Below are positions 36,364-47,484 of a stretch of 64,000 bases of DNA, piece after piece. Every line of letters begins with the position of its first letter. The stretch's first letter is position 1. Position numbers and translations under genes: made by a program. The notes under the pieces were generated by a model that was given only the letters and a program-made list of their open reading frames with translations, did not search any database and was not told the origin of the DNA. This DNA comes from an uncultured Christensenella sp. (lineage in GTDB: Bacteria; Bacillota; Clostridia; Christensenellales; UBA3700): the NCBI GenBank assembly GCA_949290515.1, contig CASERZ010000005.1, forward strand, positions 101,856 through 165,855. The letters run 5' to 3'.

Positions 36364-39300
36364 TTATTTTTTTGCCGTGCTCTTTTTAGCGGCGGGCTTT
36401 TTTGCGGAAGCTTTCTTTTCCTCTACTTCTTCCGATTTTGCTTCTACAGCGGAAGCTTCTGCTTTAGCCGTACTCTTTTGCGAAGGCTTTGCAGTTTTCT
36501 TTGCGACATAAAGAGTCTTTATCTCGTGAGGCGCGAATACGAGTGCGTCTTGTTTTGCACTTGAGAGTTTGTTTTCAAGCATATCGCATTCCCATACGTC
36601 AGCCGCAAAATCCAGTTTGAGCGCAGTCTTCACTTCGTCGCCGTACGTTTCGTAAGCTCTCACTACGATACCCTTTTCGTCTTCTGCGACTTTTACTGTT
36701 TCGATGATGATGTTTTTGCTGTCGAATTTTGCCAAGGTGTCGATTTTTAATTCCTCGTTTACTATCTCTACGGGATTGTTGAAAATATATCCCTTAGCCA
36801 TAAGGTCGGTATCTTCGAGTTTTGCCTTGTGAGGATAGATTGCGTAGCTGAAGTTGTGTACTCCTCTGTCGCAGGTAGGGTCGGGGAATTGAGGAGCGCG
36901 CAAGAGAGCAAGCGAGAGGAAACCGTTTTTAGCGCGGTGACCGTATTTGCAGTTGTTGAGAAGTGCAAATCCGTAATCTTCTCCGTCAAGGTTGACGAAT
37001 TTATGCGCGCATACTTCGAATTGCGCCCACTGTACCTTGTCGTCTTCGTGAGTTGTGCGGTCGAAGTTGCCGAACTGAATATTACAGGTAACGTTGTCGG
37101 CAAATACGGTAGGTACGAAATCCGCTCTCAACATCTTGAGGTCTTCGTGCCAGTCTGCCGCAGTATCGAATTTGACCATATCCCCGCCGAGAGTAAGTAT
37201 AACTTTTTGCACGAGCGTGGATTTGTTGTATTTGAAGAAGTTTTCTCTTACGAGGTTTGCGCCGTCGACGTAGGTACGCGAGGACTTGAGTTTGAACACC
37301 CACTTGTCAAGGTTGATATAGTTGATATCTATATCCCACGCGTTGTAGAACTTGAAGGGGTCGGTATATACCGTGAGTTTGTTGAAGTATTCTTTTACGA
37401 GTTCCTTGTCGCACGTCTTGTCGATGAGCGAAGTAATCTCGCCGTTTGCGCCGAACGTAACCTTAAGGTTTTTATTTTCGATAGTATTGTCGGTGTATAC
37501 GAATTCGCTGCTGTCTATTACGGCAGGAGTGAGAGCTCCGACGGAGTGAGCCTTAAGATTTGCTTTGTACCAGTTGTTGTCTACGCAGACGTACTCGTCT
37601 CTGTCGAAGTCGACAGGGTTGATTGCGCTTACGCCCTCTTTGCGAGAGAGAGCCTTGAGCATAATTGCTTCGATTTCTTTAAGCTCGTCGTACATAATCT
37701 GGTATCTTGCGTACGCTTCGTCGTAAACTCTCTTGATAGACGAGCCGGGGAGTACGTCGTGGAATTGATACAGGAGTACTTCTTTCCATATCTCCTCGAC
37801 CTTTTTTCTGTCGTAGCTTATACCCTGCAAGAAAGCGACCGCGCCCAGCCATTCTACCTTGTGCAGAAGTTCTTCGATGCGTCTGTTCCATTTTTTGCAG
37901 TTAGCCTGCGAGGTGTAGCAACCTTGGTGTCTTTCGTAGTACAATTCTCCCGTATGCGTAGGGAATACGTCGGACATATCTTTTATGTCGTCAAAGAAGT
38001 TGATTGCGGGAGAGGGCTTGCAGGGAGCAAGACCGTCCATATTTTTCTTATGGCGCATAAGGTATTCGATATGACCTTCGCCGGGACCGCCGCCGCCGTC
38101 TCCGTCTCCGAACATAAGCAGAGCTTTTTTGCAAATATCTTTTTCGGAGTATCTGTCTTCGCTCTTCTTGATTGCAAAAGGAGACATACCCGAGTTATAG
38201 TCGCCGAGAGGCTCCATATGAGAGATAAGTTTTGTTCCGTCAAGACCTACCCAGTTGAAAGTACGGTAGGGGAAACGGTTGAAATCATTGGAGCAGAGTT
38301 TGATTGTCATAAAGTAATCCATTCCGCTCTTTTTGAGTACCTGAGGAAGCGTTGCGGGGAAACCGAACACGTCGGGCAGCCAGCACATTCTGGATTTGAA
38401 GTTGAATTCGTCCTTCCAGTATTTCTGACCGTACAGACATTGTCTGACCCACGATTCTCCGCCCGAGAGGTTGCAGTCGCCTTCGACCCACATACCGCCC
38501 TGAAGCTCTATTCTTCCTTCCTCGACGTATTTCTTTACTCTTTCGAAAAGTTCGGGATATTCTTCTTTGAGCCATACAAACATCTGAGGCTGGGACTCTG
38601 CGAAGTAGAAATCGTCGTAGAGTGCGAGATTGCGTATCTGATTGGCAAAAGTACGTCCGATTTTACGTTTGGTTTCGCGGATAGGCCACAGCCACGCAAG
38701 GTCAATATGAGCGTGACCTATGCAGTAGTAGGTAGTAGCTTCGTATTCGGGTTTTTTCTCGAGAGTAGGTTTTAAGAATTCTCTTGCTTTCTCCACGCCC
38801 TCTTTCTTGTAAATCTTATAGCTTTTCGAAAGAGCCTCGTCTATTTCTTTGTAGCGGGGAGTTTCCTTGTCGAGAAGGAGCATAATGAAAAACAAATCTA
38901 TGTAATCGTAATAATACTGATTGAGTTCCTCGTCGTGTATGCAGATATCGCAGCGTCTTAAGTGCGCGGTACATTTTTTGAAGCGGAACTTGCCGTTGAA
39001 GCCCGCGTCGACGTACATATCTATCTTTTCGCCGCCTTCTGCGTAGTCGGTGATATCCACTCTTTGTTTAGCTATGAGCGAGTGGAAGACGTCGCCCTTG
39101 CTGAGAATTTGAGTAAGGCCTTGAATGACGATGCCGTCGGGGTTAAAGACGAGACCTTCGCCCTGAAGTTTGATACGGCAAATTACGCTCTTGCCTTTTG
39201 CCTTTTTGGGTACGGTACCCGTAAAGTGAAACCACGCGCAGTCAAAGCTGTCGGCATATTCCTTACGCTTGCCCCACGCTTGCCACTGACGTATAGGCTT

Positions 39301-39468
39301 GAAAGCCGACTTGTCGAGGTCGTTCCATTTGATAGGTTCTTTACTCTTGATAATTTCGGCTTTTAAATCGCCCACTTTCTGGTTGATGGCGCATTTGATA
39401 TTCCAGATATGCAAAACGTGGTTTTTGTTGTGCATAGCTTTTTTTACAACTTTTTTGTCAAATCCCAT
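36364..39468 (-). CDS. Glycoside hydrolase family 38 alpha-mannosidase with Lys/Ala-rich C-terminal tail
   Basis: GHAHIDLAWLWP, MCWLPDVFG and FGDGDGGGGP blocks of GH38. The last ~50 aa are AKKTAKPSQKSTAKAEAS...KKPAAKKSTAKK. Confidence 0.85.
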   Translation of the reverse strand: MGFDKKVVKKAMHNKNHVLHIWNIKCAINQKVGDLKAEIIKSKEPIKWNDLDKSAFKPIRQWQAWGKRKEYADSFDCAWFHFTGTVPKKAKGKSVICRIKLQGEGLVFNPDGIVIQGLTQILSKGDVFHSLIAKQRVDITDYAEGGEKIDMYVDAGFNGKFRFKKCTAHLRRCDICIHDEELNQYYYDYIDLFFIMLLLDKETPRYKEIDEALSKSYKIYKKEGVEKAREFLKPTLEKKPEYEATTYYCIGHAHIDLAWLWPIRETKRKIGRTFANQIRNLALYDDFYFAESQPQMFVWLKEEYPELFERVKKYVEEGRIELQGGMWVEGDCNLSGGESWVRQCLYGQKYWKDEFNFKSRMCWLPDVFGFPATLPQVLKKSGMDYFMTIKLCSNDFNRFPYRTFNWVGLDGTKLISHMEPLGDYNSGMSPFAIKKSEDRYSEKDICKKALLMFGDGDGGGGPGEGHIEYLMRHKKNMDGLAPCKPSPAINFFDDIKDMSDVFPTHTGELYYERHQGCYTSQANCKKWNRRIEELLHKVEWLGAVAFLQGISYDRKKVEEIWKEVLLYQFHDVLPGSSIKRVYDEAYARYQIMYDELKEIEAIMLKALSRKEGVSAINPVDFDRDEYVCVDNNWYKANLKAHSVGALTPAVIDSSEFVYTDNTIENKNLKVTFGANGEITSLIDKTCDKELVKEYFNKLTVYTDPFKFYNAWDIDINYINLDKWVFKLKSSRTYVDGANLVRENFFKYNKSTLVQKVILTLGGDMVKFDTAADWHEDLKMLRADFVPTVFADNVTCNIQFGNFDRTTHEDDKVQWAQFEVCAHKFVNLDGEDYGFALLNNCKYGHRAKNGFLSLALLRAPQFPDPTCDRGVHNFSYAIYPHKAKLEDTDLMAKGYIFNNPVEIVNEELKIDTLAKFDSKNIIIETVKVAEDEKGIVVRAYETYGDEVKTALKLDFAADVWECDMLENKLSSAKQDALVFAPHEIKTLYVAKKTAKPSQKSTAKAEASAVEAKSEEVEEKKASAKKPAAKKSTAKK

Positions 39469-39734
39469 AAGTACTCCCAACAAAATTTTATAAATTAATA
39501 AACTAATTATATCATAACAAAAAAAGATAAATCAACACGTATTTGTCAAATATTTGCTTCAAAAAGCGCTTAAATATATGAACAAAACGGATAAACAGGG
39601 TAAAATAAAAGTAATTTGTCTAGCCGTAATAATTTAAGTTATGGAGACGGCGTCGTGGTCAGACAAAATCCGTTATTGACTAACTTGAGTTAATATGGTA
39701 AAATAAACAAAAAGGGGAAAGGGGAAGAGAGTTT

Positions 39735-40541
39735 ATGAAGAAGAAAATTCTGATAATCACTATATTGCTGTGCGTTGTCGCGACGTGTGTATTTTCGGCG
39801 TGCACGTTCAAGCAGGAGGACATACTCACGGATAAAGATACCGTCAAAGGAGTTTCTATCGTTTTTGCCGACGGAATCACCGCCGAGCTCAGCGAAGAGG
39901 ATATGAATACGGTCATAAGTTCCGTAAAGAGAATAGGCGAAATGAGTTATGACCTCAACAATACTCTGCAAGGGCAAATCGAGTGGAAGTACGATTACAC
40001 TTTCAAACTTACCGTCGAGCGTAAGAAATTTTTGTTTTTCAAGAAAGAGAGGACGGAGTATTATCGCTTCGGCACGCACGTGACGCACGTCAACGATAAA
40101 GGTGAAACCAAAGAATACAACGACGATTACGAATGGTGCTATATGAATAACTCCCTCAAATATACCAAGCAGATGGACAAGGAAGAGGCTGTCAAGTTCA
40201 GAGAGCGTTTCGACAAAATCAACGCCGACTTGCGCAAAGAGAAATACGACGGAATAAAAGAGACTTTCCGAAATGCGGGCTATACCGTGAGCGAACTTAC
40301 CGACGACGATTTGAGTTACGTCTTCAACGACGAAACGCAAGAGACCGTCTGGGTAAACGCAATTGAAGGATTTTTGGCAGTCAAGGGCGAAGAGGCTTAC
40401 CGTTTTTATCTTACGGACGATTTAGAGAGAGCCGAGGCATTCTCTTCCAAGATGAGCAAATACGGCGGCAAGAATACGGGCTGTCTTTGCGGATACGGCA
40501 ATGTGACTGACACCGAGCTATTGAACGCAATATACAATTGA
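39735..40541 (+). CDS. Lipoprotein, unknown function
   Basis: Signal peptide with FSAC lipobox. Confidence 0.7.
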   Translation: MKKKILIITILLCVVATCVFSACTFKQEDILTDKDTVKGVSIVFADGITAELSEEDMNTVISSVKRIGEMSYDLNNTLQGQIEWKYDYTFKLTVERKKFLFFKKERTEYYRFGTHVTHVNDKGETKEYNDDYEWCYMNNSLKYTKQMDKEEAVKFRERFDKINADLRKEKYDGIKETFRNAGYTVSELTDDDLSYVFNDETQETVWVNAIEGFLAVKGEEAYRFYLTDDLERAEAFSSKMSKYGGKNTGCLCGYGNVTDTELLNAIYN

Positions 40542-40566
40542 CGGCTAAAGCGAATACAAAAAACCT

Positions 40567-40595
40567 AGGCGTACCGAAAACGGTACGCCTTTTTC
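40567..40595 (+). terminator. Rho-independent terminator
   Basis: AGGCGTACCG-AAAA-CGGTACGCCT followed by TTTT. Confidence 0.8.
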
Positions 40596-40684
40596 TAAGC
40601 AACGCTTGACAATAAAACTTGCAAATAATAAATTATAAGGGCGGACAAAGGGGCAAAACAGCCGGTCCGTATCGGAGAAATATT

Positions 40685-41410
40685 ATGGAACAACACGTCG
40701 CAACGGCAAAAGATATCCGACTTACCTACTACGTCCTCAGGCGCAAGGGTATGAGGAATATGCGTCTGAGAGTAAACGACAAGGGACAAGCCGTCGTATC
40801 TTGTTCGTCGCGCGTACCTCTCGAGCGAATTAACGCTTTTGTCATAAAAAACGCAGACTGGTTAATCTCAGAGCTTAGCAAAATAAAATCCGAGGGCGTG
40901 CTTGAAGAGAGAAAATACCTGACTTGTGAAAAATATCTCTTTGCGGGCAAGGAATATATGCTGGTCGTCATCGAGGGAGAGAGGGAATACGTTGGGACGG
41001 TCGGAGACAATCTTGCGCTTGTGGTCAAAGACAAGAATGACTTCGAGCGAAAGAGAAAACTCGTCGACAACTGGTACAAAAAGAAAGCGAAGGAGCTTTT
41101 TGCGGAACGTTTTGAATATTGCGTAAACAAATACAGGGACATTTTTCCCGACAATTACAAACTTTCTATAAGACAGATGAAAGCCCGCTGGGGTACTTGC
41201 ATAATCAATAAAAAAACGGTAGTACTCAACTTCAAACTCGTCTATGCCGACGTAAGATATCTCGACTACGTAATAATGCACGAGTTGTGTCATTTTTATC
41301 ACAAAAACCACGACGTTTCGTTCTACGGTATGCTTGCGCGTTTCGTTCCCGATTACAAGGCTTTGAGAAAGGGCTTGACTTCCTATTACATAAGGTACAG
41401 CCATTTGTGA
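40685..41410 (+). CDS. YgjP-like (DUF45/M48-type) metal-dependent hydrolase
   Basis: RKGMRNMRLRV, ARWGTC and the HELCH zinc motif (VIMHELCHFYHKNH). Confidence 0.75.
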   Translation: MEQHVATAKDIRLTYYVLRRKGMRNMRLRVNDKGQAVVSCSSRVPLERINAFVIKNADWLISELSKIKSEGVLEERKYLTCEKYLFAGKEYMLVVIEGEREYVGTVGDNLALVVKDKNDFERKRKLVDNWYKKKAKELFAERFEYCVNKYRDIFPDNYKLSIRQMKARWGTCIINKKTVVLNFKLVYADVRYLDYVIMHELCHFYHKNHDVSFYGMLARFVPDYKALRKGLTSYYIRYSHL

Positions 41411-41638
41411 GCGGCAATTGCGCGCGTGCGCCTCGCTTTAAAAGTCAGGGCAACTGACTTTAAAGCGTATGAGCGCCCGTACGTAACCCGTGCGTAAAGC
41501 GAAAGACAAAGTAAACGCGACGGCAGCTGCCGTCGCGTTTGTGATTTGTTGTCAATGTCTTTGTTGTCAGCTTTATGCTTAGCACGTTTTATGAAGCTTT
41601 ATGAATTTGATTAAAATATATACGAATATAAGCCCAAT

Positions 41639-42802
41639 TCAGGCGCGGGTAATTTTATCGTAAAACGTCAAGAGGTATTTGTCCGTCATACCCGCTACTA
41701 TATCGGTAGCTACTCTTTCTGGATATTTTGCATTGCGCTTGAAATACTCGTCTACCGCTTCTTTGCGGGGATATATGTAGGGACGGTAATACTTGTCAGT
41801 CAGTTTTCTGTCGCCAATCAAATCTTTGTAAAAGGTTTCGTAAACGGCAGAGATGATATCCGCGAGTTTATCGTCGGGGTACTCGTCTACCGCAGAATGG
41901 TCGCTGAGGTATATCTCTTTGTAATTATCGCTGAATATGCCTTGAAGAGCCTCGTAGGCATCTTTGCCGAGAGCTATGTAATTTTTGCCGTAGGAATTGT
42001 TGATTATGTCTACGGACAGCGATGAGATAATCTCGTGATTGAATGTTCCCAGCACGTTTTCGCGATAGTTTTCGAAAGGGACGTAACCGAGTTTTGCCGC
42101 GTCCTGTCTGTCTTTGCCGATATACGCTATTACGTCGGCTATGCGCACAAGACAGCCTTCGAGAGTGCTTGCAAACAGATTTTCGTCGTTGAGCTTTCCT
42201 TCGTATGCAAGCGAGAGTTTGTGTTCCAAATCCTCAAAAGTCTTTACGGAAGATTCGTTGGGCATATACTTGTTTGCGAGTTTTTCGCCGTTGTGGCATA
42301 GTACTCCGTCGGCTACCTGAAGAGATACGTTTGCGCCCACTACTTCTGTGAGGTATCTCGCGCTTTGCACGTGATGATAAAATCTGTAGCCGTATTTTTG
42401 CGCGGCTTTGTCGAGCATTTTTTCTCCCTTATGTCCGAAAGGGCAGTGACCGAGGTCGTGAGCGAGCGCAATGGCTTCTATGAGGTCGGTATTGAGTTTG
42501 AGTGCGCCGCCTATGGTGCGGGCTATTCTCGACACTAACTGTACGTGATAAGCGCGCGTTGAGATATCGTCGTTGTCTTTGAGAGAGAAGACTTGCGTCT
42601 TGCCCGCGTATCTGTTGAATAGAGGAAGATTTATTATAGCTTCGCAATCGCGTACGTACTGCCGTCTGAAAATTTTGGGCGTGTACGCGGTTTTACGCAC
42701 GCAGTCAGAGTCTTTTGCCGCGTAGGGCGCAAGCAAAGCGTCTTTTTGCGCGTAGTCTTCACAAAGTTTTTCGTATATTTTTTTGTCGAGAGTAAAAGTC
42801 AT
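41639..42802 (-). CDS. HD-domain dNTP triphosphohydrolase-like protein
   Basis: AYHVQLVSRIAR..ALAHDLGHCPFGH, typical of the dGTPase family. Confidence 0.75.
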   Translation of the reverse strand: MTFTLDKKIYEKLCEDYAQKDALLAPYAAKDSDCVRKTAYTPKIFRRQYVRDCEAIINLPLFNRYAGKTQVFSLKDNDDISTRAYHVQLVSRIARTIGGALKLNTDLIEAIALAHDLGHCPFGHKGEKMLDKAAQKYGYRFYHHVQSARYLTEVVGANVSLQVADGVLCHNGEKLANKYMPNESSVKTFEDLEHKLSLAYEGKLNDENLFASTLEGCLVRIADVIAYIGKDRQDAAKLGYVPFENYRENVLGTFNHEIISSLSVDIINNSYGKNYIALGKDAYEALQGIFSDNYKEIYLSDHSAVDEYPDDKLADIISAVYETFYKDLIGDRKLTDKYYRPYIYPRKEAVDEYFKRNAKYPERVATDIVAGMTDKYLLTFYDKITRA

Positions 42803-42815
42803 AGCGTATCCTTCC

Positions 42816-44135
42816 TTATTCGAAGAGTAAATCTTTTATTGCTCTTTCGTAAACATCGTAGAGCTTTTTGAAATCGTCGAGCGATACTCTTTCGTCTGTC
42901 TGGTGTATCGTGCTTTCCTGATTGGGGAAGATAGGACCGAAAGCCACGCCGCATTTGAGCGCGCGGGCATAGGTGCCGCCGCCTATCGTGATAGGAGTTG
43001 CGTTTTCTCCCGTAACGGCATTGTAGGACGCGAGCAGTTTTTGCACAAGCTCGTTGTCTTTGTCGATATACAGCGGGTCGTGGAAGTTGCGTACATTTAC
43101 TTCCGCTTTGAGATTTTCACGGAGCATATCGGCTATTTGTTCTTTTGTATAGCTCACGGGGTGGCGAATATCGACGATGAGATGCATTTTTCTGTTATAC
43201 AGTCGTGTGGACGGCAGATTTTCGCCGTTGACGACGCCTACGTTGAAAGTAAGTTTTCCGCTCGCCTCGTCTGAGAGTTTAACTCCCGCGCCGCTGCCGT
43301 CGTTGTGACAGAATTTATCGCGAATGTCTTTGAATTCCCCTCCTATGTTTTCGGAAAGGAAGTTTAGAAGTCTCCAGAAAGCGTTGTCGCCTTTTTGGGG
43401 CGTCGACGCGTGGGCGGGCGTGCCGTAAGCGGTGATATACGTCTTTCCTCCGTTGACGGATACGGATATTTTGTCGTCGTCGGGAAGTACGTCGAGAGCC
43501 ATATCGAGCACGCACGAGCATTTAGCCATTACGATATTACCTCTCTCTCCGCCCTCGATAGAGAGTAATTTTTTGGGCATATCGACCAGTATATCGTAAC
43601 CTACAAGACCTTTTTCGCAGTTGATGACAGGGAAATCGCCGTCGGGAGAAAAGCCTTTTTCGGGCATTTCGTCCACTTCGTTGTAATGCTCTATGCACTT
43701 CCAACCGCTCTCTTCGTTGCCGCCGAAGATAAAGCGTATTTTGTATTTGGGTTTGTATCCCTGTTTAATCAGATTATCCACTGCATAAAGACAGCACAGC
43801 ATAGGTCCTTTATCGTCGAGCACGCCTCTGCCGTACAAATAGCTGTCTTTAATCTCGCCGAGAGGGTTTGCGCTCCACTCGTCCTTGTCGTAAGGTACTA
43901 CGTCTATATGTCCGAGTATGCCGAAAGTTTGCCCCTCTCCTATATCGCACGTGCAGTAATAGCCTTTTTCGTTGTGTACGGTCATACCCATTTGCTTAGC
44001 GGTATCGCACACGAGGTCCAGACAATCTGCCACGCCTTTACCGAAGGGAGAGCGAGAACAGGGGGCAGATTGCACGCTGTCTATGCCTACCAGTTCGAGA
44101 GTTTTTTTTACGAGTTTGTCAAAAGTGTCTTGCAT
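42816..44135 (-). CDS. M20 family dipeptidase (Sapep/PepV-like)
   Basis: GHIDVVP, GRGVLDDKGP and GGNEESG motifs. Confidence 0.8.
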   Translation of the reverse strand: MQDTFDKLVKKTLELVGIDSVQSAPCSRSPFGKGVADCLDLVCDTAKQMGMTVHNEKGYYCTCDIGEGQTFGILGHIDVVPYDKDEWSANPLGEIKDSYLYGRGVLDDKGPMLCCLYAVDNLIKQGYKPKYKIRFIFGGNEESGWKCIEHYNEVDEMPEKGFSPDGDFPVINCEKGLVGYDILVDMPKKLLSIEGGERGNIVMAKCSCVLDMALDVLPDDDKISVSVNGGKTYITAYGTPAHASTPQKGDNAFWRLLNFLSENIGGEFKDIRDKFCHNDGSGAGVKLSDEASGKLTFNVGVVNGENLPSTRLYNRKMHLIVDIRHPVSYTKEQIADMLRENLKAEVNVRNFHDPLYIDKDNELVQKLLASYNAVTGENATPITIGGGTYARALKCGVAFGPIFPNQESTIHQTDERVSLDDFKKLYDVYERAIKDLLFE

Positions 44136-44252
44136 AGAATTTTATGCTCCTTGAAAACTTTTTTCAATTATTGTATAAATATTATACACAATCGGCGCAA
44201 AATATGTTATATTATTAGACGAAAATACAAGAAAAATTTTTGAGGAATATTT

Positions 44253-45701
44253 ATGACTACTGTAAGAACGAGATTCGCACCTTCCCCTACGGGCTTTATG
44301 CATATAGGAAATCTCAGGACGTGCCTTTACGCGTACCTGTTTGCCAAGCAGGCGGGCGGAAAGTTTATTTTGCGTATAGAGGACACTGACCAGGAGAGAT
44401 ACGTCGAAGGCGCGGTAGACCTTATTTACCGCACTTTGAAGACGGCGGGTATAGAGCACGACGAAGGACCCGACAAGGACGGCGGATACGGTCCTTATAT
44501 TCAGAGCGAGCGCAAGGATATTTATCTCAAGTACGCAAAAGAGCTTGTCGAAAAGGGTGGAGCGTACTATTGTTTCTGCACCAAAGAAAGGCTCGACTCT
44601 TTAAAAGACGACAAGGGTATAGCCAAGTATGACAAGCATTGTCTTTCGCTCAGCAAGGAAGAAGTGCAAAGACGTCTTGACGCAGGCGAGCCTTACGTCA
44701 TAAGACAGAATATTCCCACGGAGGGAGTGAGCGAATACGACGATATGGTATTCGGTCATATCAGCGTACCCAACGAGGATATGGAGGACAATATTCTCAT
44801 TAAGTCGGACGGTATGCCTACCTATAATTTTGCCAACGTAGTCGACGACCATCTTATGGCAATCAATTACGTAATAAGAGGCGTCGAATATCTCTCTTCC
44901 ACGCCTAAGTACAATCTTATGTATGACGCATTCGGTTGGGAGAGACCTCATTATATGCACTTATCTCCTATAATGAAAGACGCACAGAGAAAACTGTCCA
45001 AGCGTTACGGCGACGCCAACTTCGAGGATTTTCTCGCAAAAGGCTATCTGCCCGAGGCTATCGTCAACTATATCGCGCTTTTGGGTTGGTCGCCTAAGGG
45101 AAACGAGGAAAAACTGAGTATGGCTCAGCTAGTCGAGCAGTTTGATGTTGAGGGCATATCCAAATCTCCCAGTATTTTCGACGAAGCAAAGATGAGATGG
45201 CTCAACGGAGAGTATATCAAGGAAATGAGCGTTGAGAAATTTGTAGAGGTCGCAAAGCCCTACTTCGATAAGAGCAAGATTGCAGGCAAGTACGATTACA
45301 GTGCGCTTGCAAAACTTCTCATTCCCAGAGTGGAGATTTTGAGCGAAATCCCCGACAAGGTAAACTTCCTCGAAGAATTCGGCGAATACGACGTCGAGAT
45401 GTTCGAGCATAAAAAGATGAAAATCACTAAGGAAATGGCGCTTGCAAATCTCAAAGAGATAGAGAAGGTTTACGAAAACGAAAGCGTATGGACGGACGAA
45501 AATCTCAAAGCCAAGGCTTCGGAGCTTGCCGAGAAACTCGCTTGCAAGAGCGGACAGATATTCCTGCCTTTGCGTCTTGCTTTGACGGGCGTAGCTTCCA
45601 CCCCGGGCGGTGCTACGGAAATGGCAGAACTTCTCGGTAAGAATGAGAGTATGGCAAGACTGAGATTTTCCATAGGCTTGCTAGAAAAAGCTCTTGCATA
45701 A
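44253..45701 (+). CDS. gltX: Glutamate--tRNA ligase
   Basis: RFAPSPTGFMHIGNLRT (HIGH) and KLSKR (KMSKS) motifs. Confidence 0.95.
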   Translation: MTTVRTRFAPSPTGFMHIGNLRTCLYAYLFAKQAGGKFILRIEDTDQERYVEGAVDLIYRTLKTAGIEHDEGPDKDGGYGPYIQSERKDIYLKYAKELVEKGGAYYCFCTKERLDSLKDDKGIAKYDKHCLSLSKEEVQRRLDAGEPYVIRQNIPTEGVSEYDDMVFGHISVPNEDMEDNILIKSDGMPTYNFANVVDDHLMAINYVIRGVEYLSSTPKYNLMYDAFGWERPHYMHLSPIMKDAQRKLSKRYGDANFEDFLAKGYLPEAIVNYIALLGWSPKGNEEKLSMAQLVEQFDVEGISKSPSIFDEAKMRWLNGEYIKEMSVEKFVEVAKPYFDKSKIAGKYDYSALAKLLIPRVEILSEIPDKVNFLEEFGEYDVEMFEHKKMKITKEMALANLKEIEKVYENESVWTDENLKAKASELAEKLACKSGQIFLPLRLALTGVASTPGGATEMAELLGKNESMARLRFSIGLLEKALA

Positions 45702-45751
45702 CTTTTACGGCGGCTTGCCGCATACTGTATCGTACAAAACAATTCGGATAT

Positions 45752-45784
45752 AAAAAGTTGCCCTTTATCGGGCAACTTTTTTTG
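45752..45784. terminator. Rho-independent terminator
   Basis: AAAAAGTTGCCC-TTTATC-GGGCAACTTTTTTT. Confidence 0.8.
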
Positions 45785-45846
45785 TGAGGGATAAGATAGT
45801 ATTAGGATGAACAGTAACAATTGCGCATATATTTTTCTTTTCAAAA

Positions 45847-46830
45847 TCAAAGTATTTTGACGTTGACGTTGTACGCGGGCAGCTGGGGCAGTCTGATAAT
45901 CAAAAAGTCAATGTCATCCCAGCCGTCGCCGCTGTGAGTTCCTTTGAATCTTTGGTTCAGGCTGATATCCAGATAGCCGTTGTCGTATTCGATATTTGCA
46001 ATAGAATATTCATATAAGTTTGTATCGAAGTCGCGATGCTGGAGAAAGAAAAGCACAAGCATTTCATTGCCTATATCGAAAGTATCGTAGAATTTTTTTA
46101 ATGCCGTAACGTATTCTTCGTGGGTTTGAATTTTATCGGTAATGATAAAATCGGATTCAATCGACGAGACAATATTTTTTCCGTATTCATCTCTCAGCCA
46201 TTCCAAGTCTGCGCGATAGAGAGTTGAGTTATCTTTTAATTCGCCGTTCCATTCAATGTAATATTTTTTGTAATCGAAATTAAATTTAAAATCGTTTACT
46301 TGCGTCTTAGGCATCAAAACAGCCAGACACAATTGAGTGGGATTCGATACGTCTGCGTACGGTTCGTCTTTGATAAGTAATAAAGTATTTACGCAGGTCA
46401 CGTCAAACGTAAGGCTTGTATTCTCCTCGGTCACGTCTTTTAATTCGTAATACCTCAACCTTTTGCCGTTTTGCGAAAATATGTTGTCGGACGCATAGAA
46501 GTACAGCACGAGAGTTTGTTTGTCAAAGTCTATCCCGACGGGAAACTCATTAAATGCCTCGTCAAACTCTTCTTTTGAATTAATTACGTTGGTAATTTCG
46601 CTCGGGCAATCTTCCGTTTCGGGAAGAGGCTTTGTTCTGTTGGCAAACGCGTATGTGACTTTCAGCCATTGAATTGCGTTGTCGTACAGAATAACGGCGT
46701 TTTTTAATGCCTTATCGCCGCTTTCCTGCAAATCGTATTCGATATCCACAAGTTTTTCACAAGCCGTTACAAAGCACAAGATGACAGTCAAGGTTATTAA
46801 TGCTACGGCTATAAAAAATTTCTTTTTCAC
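45847..46830 (-). CDS. Lipoprotein, unknown function
   Basis: Signal peptide with VTAC lipobox. RBS AAGGAGGA. Confidence 0.65.
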   Translation of the reverse strand: MKKKFFIAVALITLTVILCFVTACEKLVDIEYDLQESGDKALKNAVILYDNAIQWLKVTYAFANRTKPLPETEDCPSEITNVINSKEEFDEAFNEFPVGIDFDKQTLVLYFYASDNIFSQNGKRLRYYELKDVTEENTSLTFDVTCVNTLLLIKDEPYADVSNPTQLCLAVLMPKTQVNDFKFNFDYKKYYIEWNGELKDNSTLYRADLEWLRDEYGKNIVSSIESDFIITDKIQTHEEYVTALKKFYDTFDIGNEMLVLFFLQHRDFDTNLYEYSIANIEYDNGYLDISLNQRFKGTHSGDGWDDIDFLIIRLPQLPAYNVNVKIL

Positions 46831-47113
46831 AATTTCCTCCTTTTAAGGCGCGGTCGCCTATGAAGTATTCTTTCGTATATATGACCGACAGAAGAGAGTA
46901 AATTGTGACAAAAACAAAATTTTCCTTATTCTTTATACTTGCCGTATAAAGAGGTGAGAAAAACTCGGCTTTTTTAAAAATTTACCTAAGAGGTTAATAG
47001 GGACGGATATTTTTATTTTGCGGCTTTTGAAAATTGAAAATATTTATACTTAGGTATAAAGAAACGCGGGGTCTTGCGGTGATGAGAGTATATATAATAG
47101 ATAATAAAGAATA

Positions 47114-47152
47114 TATTTATACAATTTAAGTCTTGGGTAAATTGTATAAATA
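47114..47152. repeat. Hairpin repeat variant (15-bp stem, loop AGTCTTGGG)
   Basis: TATTTATACAATTTA-AGTCTTGGG-TAAATTGTATAAATA. Confidence 0.85.
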
Positions 47153-47484
47153 GGGAATAAAGCAAAAATTTACTGAAAAAGCTTGGCAGACAGCGGTTTG
47201 TGAATTTGCTGGTTTTTTAGTAAGGGAGTTTGATTTTTTTGTCAAAAATAAGACCTTCACGGATTTTGGTCGCGAGAGAAATACGGTTTTTGAGGGTTTT
47301 TAACGGTTATGCCGACAATACATTGCGCGAGAGCGTGCAAGCAAGCCCAATATATGGCATATCCGCCCTTTAATGCACACATATCGCATATTTTTTGCAT
47401 TAATATCAACGCGGACACGCGAGAAACAGTCTTAAAAGGCAAGAGAAAAATACACTGAAATTTTATAAAATCGACTTGATTTTG

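Noticed and set aside
36829-38775. 648-aa + strand ORF inside the GH38 gene.
   Set aside because: It is an antisense shadow of a well-supported GH38 alpha-mannosidase, with no independent start signals or recognisable domain.
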